Part shown: positions 56,351 to 64,000 of the stretch, one piece after another
Layout of the letters: each line of letters starts with the position of its first letter
Position numbering within the stretch: the first letter of the stretch is position 1
Made by a program: the position numbers and the translations under genes
IMG/VR virus record: IMGVR_UViG_3300046314_000558
Span: 1-64,000 of that record
Reading direction: 5' to 3' (one strand)
DNA: 64,000 nt
From: a virus
The notes under the pieces: generated by a model
Database searches by the model: none
What the model was told of the DNA's origin: nothing
Seen by the model: only the letters and a program-made list of their open reading frames with translations

Positions 56351-56609
56351 AGGTGACTCCTGAGGTGGTTGGTGTTGGGGTTTGAGCTGGCGTTGCCTGA
56401 GGGTCTAGTCTTGGGTCGCGCTGCCCTTTGAAAATATGGTCAGGACAAGTACGTGTTACGTCGCAAATTGGTCGCTTACATTGTGGCGAGTCCCAATTAT
56501 CCGGGTTTTGGCACGGATAGCGAAAACGATCTCCACCAAAAAACGCTAGTGCAACTGGCAGCACAATCAGCACTCCTAGCCATTTAAATAATTTTAAGTC
56601 GGTGTTCAT
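56340..56609 (-). CDS. Membrane-anchored Cys-rich protein
   Basis: TM followed by FRYPCQNP.NW...C..PIC....TCP. Confidence 0.65.
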   Translation of the reverse strand: MNTDLKLFKWLGVLIVLPVALAFFGGDRFRYPCQNPDNWDSPQCKRPICDVTRTCPDHIFKGQRDPRLDPQATPAQTPTPTTSGVTCAK

Positions 56610-56612
56610 TGC

Positions 56613-57170
56613 TTATTTTCCTGCTAGCGGATTATCAATTGCCGCTTTAATTTTATTATCTACATCACGACTTACACGCTCTAGCCTATTTTCAGTATCA
56701 CGCTTTAGCTTATCCATATCGTCTTTTGTACGATCAAGGCTATTTCGTAGATCTTTTTGCACAGACTTTAAGTCTTGGTCAGTCTCACGCTGAGCTTGCT
56801 TAACGCTACGCTCAATCTGCTCTGTTACGGTTTCGTTACGACGTAAATCTTGTTTTAAGTCATTTTTAATATCACGAGTGTAGTCAGAAGTCTTTTGAGA
56901 ATTTTCCTCAATTACTGATAGTCGTTTGTCAAAATTGCTTAAGTCAGGTGTTACATACTCAGCAATTTTCTTTTTCATACCCATATAGTCTTTGTATATT
57001 TCAAAAGTGCCATAAAGACCGCCCAGCGCACTACTTGCAATTGTAAAAGCAACCATAAGTTTGGCTGGAGTAAACTCGTATCCACCAATACTAATAACGG
57101 TGTCTTTTGAGGCATATTTTTTAGCTGCAGCTTCTAGCTCGTCAACTTTTTTGTTTAAGTCTTCTGCCAT
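56613..57170 (-). CDS. Single-TM coiled-coil protein
   Basis: TM segment, heptad-rich body, C-terminal DNPL. Confidence 0.7.
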   Translation of the reverse strand: MAEDLNKKVDELEAAAKKYASKDTVISIGGYEFTPAKLMVAFTIASSALGGLYGTFEIYKDYMGMKKKIAEYVTPDLSNFDKRLSVIEENSQKTSDYTRDIKNDLKQDLRRNETVTEQIERSVKQAQRETDQDLKSVQKDLRNSLDRTKDDMDKLKRDTENRLERVSRDVDNKIKAAIDNPLAGK

Positions 57171-57178
57171 AATAACTC

Positions 57179-58867
57179 CTATTTATATTGTGAATTTACT
57201 AAGTCTTGATGCTTTTGATCCGACCCTAAACCGCGTAAAACTCGTACATTGTCTACAACCTTTTGATTTTTGTAAACTTCCCGTGGCTCATAAAAACTTG
57301 CGTCACGTAACACAAAGTTTGTGTAGCCCGCATATCCTTGTGGAACCGTTGCCAGCTGCGCTACACTAACGCCTGTGGCCAGCTCGTTGGTGGCAGTTTG
57401 GCTACGCTGTGTTTGTGGTGCGCTGGGTGCCTCGGTTTGTGTAACCTGCTGTGCATCTAAAATTTGTTTTAGTGGACTGGTTACATCAGCTAAAAAGTTT
57501 GTGGTCTGTGCAACAGCTTCTGGCTCTTGATAGCGTGTTTGTTGTGTGGCAAAACTACCAGAGGTTTGTGTGGTTTGAGATTGCTCCACACTTGTTGGTG
57601 CCAACAATTGTTGCTGAAAATTTTGCTGCTGAGTGCTTGCGGCACTAAACACCTGCATGGCTTGTAACACGCCAGTTGTTTGTTGCTGTTGTGCGGCAAC
57701 TGACATAACTGTAGCGCGGCTAGTGCCCACTGAGGTTTGTGCAACACTGTTACCCGAACTGGTTTCTGCGCTTGCAACGCTGGACGCAACTGCTGCGGTT
57801 GTGGCGGCCGTGGCCACTTGTTGTGCGCGATCACTGCTTGCTTGTGCCACTGTTTCTGCGGCAGCAACCACCTGTTGTGCTACAGCTTTTTCACGTTCTG
57901 AGTTCTTGGCTATTAAACTAAGTGCAAAACTTAGGTTAACCGGCCCACTGCTGGATTTTTCCTGAGTGCTGGCTGCTGCACTTGTGGCGGCCGGAGCCTG
58001 TGGCTGAGATTGTTGTAGTGGAGGACTTCCGGGCTGTGGTGGGCTTCCGGGCGGTGGTGGTGGTCCTGGTGGTTGGGCGCCAGGCGGTGGCGGTTGATTG
58101 TTTGTGGGTGGTGCACCTGGCGGAGGCTCGCCGGTTTCGGGTGGCGGTGGTGGCGGAGCATAGGCGACCGTTTCGGTTTGCCCAGGTTTAGGTGCCAGTT
58201 TGGCCAGTGCATCAAAGTATCCCGTACACGTAGTACTATAAAAGGTGTTTGTAGCGCAAGGATCAACCGAGTACTTTAGTGAAAAACTAACGTCCATGAC
58301 TTCAGGCCCATATGGGCCCTGCCAGTAGTTATTATCTCGCCCAACAAGACCGTACCTGACATTGGTTAGCTCAGGCACGGCATATGGGCTAGCAAAAGTT
58401 TCTGAGAAATCGAACCGTTTCCAGTTATATTGCTGGTTGGTATAAGCCGTATAGTCGTACTCGGCTGCGGTGGCACCAGTTTTGTTATAAAACTTTACGT
58501 ATGCGCTTAAATAGTCTTGTTGACCGTTATCCCAGCCATTGCCATTTTTAGCAGTAAAAACAAAGTTAAATCCACTAACTTGTAATCCCTTGCCTGAGTT
58601 GGGTAGCACACTGGCAATTGAACGTAGCTGATACAAGTCAGTGGTACCGTAAGAGAAGTTTATGTTACCACCTGGGCTAACTATTGGTAGTGGCCCACAG
58701 TATCCTGGATCTCCTTGTGCCCAACAAGTTAGATTGCCTTGGTAAACCGCATTGTTCCATGCCCCATTATTCACCAAATTACCAGTTGTGTCGACTTGTG
58801 CGTTAGAATAGCTTGTGAACCAAAAAGCCCAGCACAGCACCAAGGCCAATCTTCTTATATACGTCAT
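57179..58867 (-). CDS. Exported protein with beta-rich N-domain, poly-Pro linker and Q/A/T-rich tail
   Basis: Signal peptide; PPPP tracts. Confidence 0.7.
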   Translation of the reverse strand: MTYIRRLALVLCWAFWFTSYSNAQVDTTGNLVNNGAWNNAVYQGNLTCWAQGDPGYCGPLPIVSPGGNINFSYGTTDLYQLRSIASVLPNSGKGLQVSGFNFVFTAKNGNGWDNGQQDYLSAYVKFYNKTGATAAEYDYTAYTNQQYNWKRFDFSETFASPYAVPELTNVRYGLVGRDNNYWQGPYGPEVMDVSFSLKYSVDPCATNTFYSTTCTGYFDALAKLAPKPGQTETVAYAPPPPPPETGEPPPGAPPTNNQPPPPGAQPPGPPPPPGSPPQPGSPPLQQSQPQAPAATSAAASTQEKSSSGPVNLSFALSLIAKNSEREKAVAQQVVAAAETVAQASSDRAQQVATAATTAAVASSVASAETSSGNSVAQTSVGTSRATVMSVAAQQQQTTGVLQAMQVFSAASTQQQNFQQQLLAPTSVEQSQTTQTSGSFATQQTRYQEPEAVAQTTNFLADVTSPLKQILDAQQVTQTEAPSAPQTQRSQTATNELATGVSVAQLATVPQGYAGYTNFVLRDASFYEPREVYKNQKVVDNVRVLRGLGSDQKHQDLVNSQYK

Positions 58868-59918
58868 CTGTTTTTACCTCATCCAGTTTTGGAATCTTGT
58901 CTGGGTTAGCATCCCACTGCGCTTTGGCTTGAGCACCGATTTGTCCTTCGTATGGGCAAGGTGTTCCTGCCTGCAACATAGCATCAAATACGCGGCGATC
59001 TTGGCACATGGTAGCAACTGCAGCTACTTTCATACCCATGTCGTATAGGGTTTTTGACAACTTTAAACGCTCGCAGTTCATGTCTCTGACAGTGCCACCA
59101 CTGCTAACACCAAATACTTGTGTTTGTACGCTTCCTGAGTTACCGGTTGAACACAGGTCAGCGTTACCGCCACTCATCATTGCGGGAGCCACTGCTGTTG
59201 GAGGTGGCTGAATTACGCGCTGAGTTATGTTGGACTCATTAATATTCCGGTTGGTTAGCTCACCTGAGTTAATATTTTGATTAATGTTGGTGTTGGCGCT
59301 GGTATTTTGATTAACGTTGGTGTTGGAGGAAACCGCAGAGCTAGTACTTTGGTTAATGTTGGTCATTGAACCACTTTGAACGTTATTGTTGGTGCTAACA
59401 GAAGTGCTGGAGTTGATATTACGATTAGTCATATCACCAGTATTAATATTATTATTTGTTGCTGTTGAAGTACTAGTATTCGTATTATTGTTGTTATACG
59501 TCATTGTACCACTATTAATATTATTGTTTGTGTTAACACTTGTACTCGCATTATTATTATTGTAAGTCATTGTTCCCGAATTAACATTATTGTTATTGTA
59601 GGTAACAGTTCCACTCATAGCATTGTTGTTATTATTGGTAACTGTACCCGACTGAATGTTGTTATTGGTATTTGTACTAGTTGACGTACTTGTATTATTG
59701 TTGTTGTTTGTGTTAGTCGAAAGACTATTAACAGTGCTCAAACTTGTTGAGTTTGAGTTACTGATAGTATTCGAATTTGAATTAACGGTGCTAGTAGAAA
59801 CCGAAGTTGAGTTAGTATCTACTAGACTTTTGGAATCGTAAGTACCTTGATTAATGAGCGTTTGAGCACCCACACTGCTTGCTGCAAACAACAAACCTGC
59901 TAAAACTATTTTAATCAT
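58803..59918 (-). CDS. Exported Asn/Thr-repeat protein with Cys-containing C-terminal domain
   Basis: Signal peptide; NNNxxSGTMTY repeats; CERLKL...MCQD...GTPCP. Confidence 0.75.
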   Translation of the reverse strand: MIKIVLAGLLFAASSVGAQTLINQGTYDSKSLVDTNSTSVSTSTVNSNSNTISNSNSTSLSTVNSLSTNTNNNNNTSTSTSTNTNNNIQSGTVTNNNNNAMSGTVTYNNNNVNSGTMTYNNNNASTSVNTNNNINSGTMTYNNNNTNTSTSTATNNNINTGDMTNRNINSSTSVSTNNNVQSGSMTNINQSTSSAVSSNTNVNQNTSANTNINQNINSGELTNRNINESNITQRVIQPPPTAVAPAMMSGGNADLCSTGNSGSVQTQVFGVSSGGTVRDMNCERLKLSKTLYDMGMKVAAVATMCQDRRVFDAMLQAGTPCPYEGQIGAQAKAQWDANPDKIPKLDEVKTDDVYKKIGLGAVLGFLVHKLF

Positions 59919-59919
59919 G

Positions 59920-60543
59920 TTACGCTCCTAGTACGTGTAGTGCATGTTGGTAATGCTTAATGCGATCTTCTAAGCCAATAGTACCGCCATTAATGCGTTT
60001 TGTTAATGTAAGAATATCACCAGCGTCTGCCCACTGATTAAGTTTATTAGTTTCCCAAAACCAACAAGCACTTTGAGCCGCACCTTCAAATGTTTCCAAG
60101 TATTCAGCAGCTTCTTCAACACCGATACCTAAGCTAGCAGCAAACCAAGTGTAGTTGTCTTTGCCAGTTAGCTGAATAAGACCCTTGCCACTATAACGAT
60201 AGCCGTCGCCAGATTCTACCGGCCCGTTGCCCATGCGGTTGGCATACACAAGGTTGGCAATTGCTTGCTGCTTGTTTGGCATCGCTGCATACTGCTGTGC
60301 CAACTCATCTGTGGGAAAGTACTTGGGAAATATCTTGCGTAGTGTAACTGCACGATAATTTAAGTTTTCACGCAGTGCTGTAAAGCCGCCTGACTCGTGC
60401 GCACACTGTGCAACAAAAGCTGCAATGCGTTGTGGCGTATTGATTTTGTAGTCTGGTAACAGCTGAGCTAGTGCCACATGCCATTGCTTAACATATGGAT
60501 TACGAGGAATCAGCTGTTGTAGCTGTTCGAGAGTTAAATTCAT
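59920..60543 (-). CDS. Glycoside hydrolase family 19 endolysin
   Basis: FVAQCAHESGG, YANRMGN, GLIQLTGK.NY and INGG..GL.DR motifs. Confidence 0.93.
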   Translation of the reverse strand: MNLTLEQLQQLIPRNPYVKQWHVALAQLLPDYKINTPQRIAAFVAQCAHESGGFTALRENLNYRAVTLRKIFPKYFPTDELAQQYAAMPNKQQAIANLVYANRMGNGPVESGDGYRYSGKGLIQLTGKDNYTWFAASLGIGVEEAAEYLETFEGAAQSACWFWETNKLNQWADAGDILTLTKRINGGTIGLEDRIKHYQHALHVLGA

Positions 60544-60806
60544 TACTTTAGTCCTTCATGAATAAGTTTTTGTTTTTGGTACCACTCTTGCCAAGCTTCC
60601 AATTTGACCAAACAGCTGTAGTATTCGTTATAGTTAACGCTTACAGTTTTAGCAACACCGCTAAGAGTTGTGGTTGGGTCCAGCTTTTGTAGTGGTGGGC
60701 AGGCCTGCATGCTTTGCAAGCCTGGGGCCTCTGGCCACCGTTGCGTGACTGGCACGACTGTGGAGCAACCACTTAATAGTGCTAGTGATAGTAGTAGTGC
60801 TTTCAT
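60543..60806 (-). CDS. o-spanin lipoprotein
   Basis: LSGC lipobox; Pro-rich; adjacent to endolysin. Confidence 0.8.
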   Translation of the reverse strand: MKALLLSLALLSGCSTVVPVTQRWPEAPGLQSMQACPPLQKLDPTTTLSGVAKTVSVNYNEYYSCLVKLEAWQEWYQKQKLIHEGLK

Positions 60807-61222
60807 TTAGGTTGCTCCGCTGCACGATTGTGTGCGTCTACAAATTCTTTGGGTATAGCACAAGTGTTGTCGTATTTGACTACTTCACGGTCAATATACT
60901 GGATATTATCTGCACCGCGTTTTGTAATCACCTGTGTTTTGTATACTACTTTTTCTTTGATAACTTCGTTGGTGGCCGCACTTGCCACTTCAGCTTGTGC
61001 AACTTTGGCCTCCAACTCTTGTGCCGCAGCTTTCCATGTGTTATCGCAGTACAGCATTCCCATAATGAAAATTGTTGCGGCTACGAGGATAGGGCTCACA
61101 ATTTTAATAATGAACTCGTACGGTTTTAGCAGTTTTAAATGGCTTAAAAAATAGCCAGATAATCCGGCTATTAATAACAGCCACCAAAACCAGTCTGGAA
61201 TGATTTTGAAAATTAAAAACAT
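60803..61222 (-). CDS. i-spanin
   Basis: N-terminal TMs plus coiled coil; overlaps the o-spanin start. Confidence 0.75.
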   Translation of the reverse strand: MFLIFKIIPDWFWWLLLIAGLSGYFLSHLKLLKPYEFIIKIVSPILVAATIFIMGMLYCDNTWKAAAQELEAKVAQAEVASAATNEVIKEKVVYKTQVITKRGADNIQYIDREVVKYDNTCAIPKEFVDAHNRAAEQPK

Positions 61223-61406
61223 AAAATTTTATAAAACCTGGTAGGCTCCACTGGGGTCTGCTACTGTTGGGTCTATTAGCGAGTCAGTGGCGACTTCAAG
61301 CAGCTTGGTTGCAGACGCACTTAGGTTGCTTTGTATTGACTGAAGTGAGCCCCACAACGTAAGATCAATTGTTTGAATTTGGTTGGTAAGATCGGCCATA
61401 TTATCC

Positions 61407-62462
61407 TTAACTTGTTTGCATAATTACACCAAAACCATTGCCACAATTAAAGAACGTATAAGTTTCTCCGTTTACATTAACAGAATCACCAGTAGTACCC
61501 ATATTAGGGCGAGTCCAATAAATAGGAACAACTCCAGTTACAAACTGTGTTGGGTATCCCAACTCTCCAATCTGGAAATAAACAGGGCTAATTTGGTATC
61601 TTGGTGCCCCTGCTGCATTGATTGAGTTATTACGATAAGTTGAACTTGCTTGTAATAAGTTACCCAAGTTAGCAGTACCTGCTTCAGAAGGATCATACGT
61701 ACCGTAATAAGTACCAGTGTTTACGTTAGTAACTCCAATAGCGGCAACCATTATTCCAGGAGTCTGTGTTATTGTATAGTTAGTTGGAACAGTAGTATTA
61801 ATTCTTGCAGTTGCACTACTAGTAGCATGGCAGTATTGCATAACAGGTGGTCTATTATAAAAATCATTTACATCGGTATTTGTTGCCTCCCATACTGCAC
61901 TTAAGCCAGCAATTGACCCTTCAACAATAATTGTAATATGACGAGGTGTAGCAATAACGTGCAATATAAAATTGGCAGCAGTACAGATAGCTAGAGAGTT
62001 TGTTTCACCGATACCTCTTGCGGCTGCAGCAAAAGGTCGTGGGCCTTCATTTGTTGCAACACCAAGAGCAGTGACGCTTTGAGCAGAAGTTAAAGCAAAA
62101 GAATAGCCGCTAGACGAAGAGCCACGCCAAACAATACTCATCAAAGCATACTTTAAACGTGAAGGCTGATTTAAACATGGTGCAGAAAATGCTAGATTAT
62201 AGTGCGTATCATTTGTATAACCATAAGGGGCTGTTGTAGCTGCAGCAGAGTCTACTGCAGCAATCGTTGGTTGATCGGCAGCGCTAACACCGCCTACATA
62301 CGTCCAACCTGCGGGAGTAGGATCAACTATAATTGAGGAACTTTTATTAAATGCTGTAATTAAATCAAGGCTTGGAGCGTCAGAGGTAATCAGTCGGCCA
62401 ATGTCGCGCATTGCACGAACTGCGCTAATAATTGAGGGGCCTACAACTAATTTTGCGTACAT
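61407..62462 (-). CDS. Putative virion/tail-associated protein
   Basis: Beta-rich T/A/G composition in the late operon. Confidence 0.55.
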   Translation of the reverse strand: MYAKLVVGPSIISAVRAMRDIGRLITSDAPSLDLITAFNKSSSIIVDPTPAGWTYVGGVSAADQPTIAAVDSAAATTAPYGYTNDTHYNLAFSAPCLNQPSRLKYALMSIVWRGSSSSGYSFALTSAQSVTALGVATNEGPRPFAAAARGIGETNSLAICTAANFILHVIATPRHITIIVEGSIAGLSAVWEATNTDVNDFYNRPPVMQYCHATSSATARINTTVPTNYTITQTPGIMVAAIGVTNVNTGTYYGTYDPSEAGTANLGNLLQASSTYRNNSINAAGAPRYQISPVYFQIGELGYPTQFVTGVVPIYWTRPNMGTTGDSVNVNGETYTFFNCGNGFGVIMQTS

Positions 62463-62665
62463 TAAACTACTCCTTGGTGAAATACCGTTATGTTAGGGTT
62501 GTTAATAGCTGAATCAGCTTTAAAGTAAACTACATCGCTAACTACAATATAATTGTAGCTAATATTATTGGCGTTGTGTAGTTCTTGCAATTGAGCGGCT
62601 GTTCCAGTAAATGTGTAAACAGTATTAGTTGAGCCAAAATAATCAATAATTTTTTCTGGTGTCAT
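62462..62665 (-). CDS. Hypothetical late protein
   Basis: Coupled ORF. Confidence 0.55.
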   Translation of the reverse strand: MTPEKIIDYFGSTNTVYTFTGTAAQLQELHNANNISYNYIVVSDVVYFKADSAINNPNITVFHQGVV

Positions 62666-62668
62666 GGT

Positions 62669-63139
62669 TTAGTTTCCATAATAGTTAACGCTTATGCTAA
62701 GACCTGCACCTGCAAGTGAAAGAGTTGTCCCAGCAGCTACAATATCTACGTATATATAGTTGCCTGCAGGTACTGTAGTATTTAAAGTAAAGTTAAAATT
62801 AGGAGTTTTAGCAGCTACAACAACATTATCTAATATAACGGTTGCGGTTGAATAAGACTGCCCCATTTTAAATCTCAGTATATTTGAACCGCCTGAAGGA
62901 ACTCTTGTGAATTTTAGAGTTCCTGAGGTTACTAAACTATCGGTTGGAAAATAAAAACCCACATTACTGAGATTTTTGGTTGGCCGTACTTGAGTAGCAG
63001 CACTAGTAGTAATGCTTTTTGTTAGCAATTTAGTACCTGCAATTAGGTTGGCGGGTCCAGCTGTGAAAACACTCTTTACATTGGTAAAAACTTTACCAAG
63101 CGTATTATCAATTAAAAAATTTCTTGTTCTTGTTGCCAT
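62669..63139 (-). CDS. Putative tail-associated protein
   Basis: Beta-rich; late operon. Confidence 0.55.
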   Translation of the reverse strand: MATRTRNFLIDNTLGKVFTNVKSVFTAGPANLIAGTKLLTKSITTSAATQVRPTKNLSNVGFYFPTDSLVTSGTLKFTRVPSGGSNILRFKMGQSYSTATVILDNVVVAAKTPNFNFTLNTTVPAGNYIYVDIVAAGTTLSLAGAGLSISVNYYGN

Positions 63140-63140
63140 A

Positions 63141-64000
63141 TTACATCTCCAGAGTAGTTACTGCTGCTTTCCACTGTAGAGAAACTCCTGATAAACCGGT
63201 TACGTATAAATTAATACTATTATTTACATCATCTGCTCTAACGTCAACAGTAATATTAGGGGAGCTTCTGGTAACTACAATTTCGTAGACGTTACCTACG
63301 TCAGATACCACGTTGGCCTTGTTTGACACAACGCTTTTTAGCGTAAAAGCAGCATAGTTACTACCGTCATTTGATTCTGTACATACAACATCAACTGTAT
63401 AATAAGTATTTGTACCCGTAGTAGTAGGAATCCTACTGTCTGGAATACCGCCAACAAATAATTCAGTTTCTACAGCAGTTGTAGTATACCCAACCATTAA
63501 ATATTGGTTAGTGTAAGGTGAGGATGCTATAGAACCGTAAAAAACTTCTTTTGTACTTGCGTCGTATTGTAGAACACCAAACGAGGTTTGTCCACTAAAA
63601 CTGCTGCGTATAGGGTTAATGTATAAGCCAGCGGCGCTAGAACTTAGGCTACTATACGCATCAGTATTTATAACTATAGATCCTGCTGCTGATGCGGTAG
63701 TACTAGGTCCTAGAGCAATGGCTCCGGCTGTTGCTATGGCATTAGTACCAATGGCTATAGCATAGGAATCAGCAGTAGAAGCACCAGATCCAATAGCTAT
63801 CTCATTACTACCATTATTATATGTACCGTAACCTATAGCAATACTATTGGAAAGCATGCTACCCGGACCAGGGCTACCAGAGTGCGAATTATTACCAATA
63901 GCAATACAATTACTGGCAGAAGTAACATTGTTACCAATACCAATACTACTTCCACCGCCTACTACGTCCTCATTGTTGTTTCCAATCATTATGGAAGGTG
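63141..64000 (-). CDS. Tail fibre C-terminal part with YadA-head-like repeats (continues beyond the window)
   Basis: Repeated SIAIG/AIALG units at about 14-aa spacing. Confidence 0.7.
   Translation of the reverse strand, partial: PSIMIGNNNEDVVGGGSSIGIGNNVTSASNCIAIGNNSHSGSPGPGSMLSNSIAIGYGTYNNGSNEIAIGSGASTADSYAIAIGTNAIATAGAIALGPSTTASAAGSIVINTDAYSSLSSSAAGLYINPIRSSFSGQTSFGVLQYDASTKEVFYGSIASSPYTNQYLMVGYTTTAVETELFVGGIPDSRIPTTTGTNTYYTVDVVCTESNDGSNYAAFTLKSVVSNKANVVSDVGNVYEIVVTRSSPNITVDVRADDVNNSINLYVTGLSGVSLQWKAAVTTLEM

Overview
This window is about 64 kb of a lytic T5-like (Demerecviridae-type) phage genome. The host is probably a Gram-negative proteobacterium, inferred from the spanin pair and a proteobacterial-style tmRNA tag. 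Layout: (1) 1-8.5 kb, a modular pre-early-like region with several A2-like DNA-binding paralogs, very strong sigma70 promoters and repeated non-coding cassettes; (2) about 7.1-8.05 kb, an ORF-free structured transcript containing a complete type I hammerhead ribozyme; (3) 8.2-17 kb, leftward early genes (D2-like, MazG-like, ThyX, metallophosphoesterase, SleB-like hydrolase); (4) 17.3-31 kb, auxiliary genes and a stable-RNA cluster with 28 tRNAs covering all 20 amino acids, a circularly permuted two-piece tmRNA next to a ClpP gene, a tRNA-ended RNA with a large insert, and a family of long-stem-bounded small RNAs; (5) 32.6-51.6 kb, the T5-type replication block (D3, PC4-like, split ligase, D5, helicase, primase, PolA, D10-D15, dUTPase, class II RNR); (6) 52-64 kb, Dps, PhoH, a cluster of exported/membrane proteins, a GH19 endolysin, spanins and tail genes. 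The most novel signals are in non-coding RNA: the hammerhead-containing large RNA with a built-in anti-ribozyme strand, the repeated promoter-plus-hairpin sRNA cassettes, and the stem-bounded RNA family. All calls were made by eye and no database search or folding program was run.
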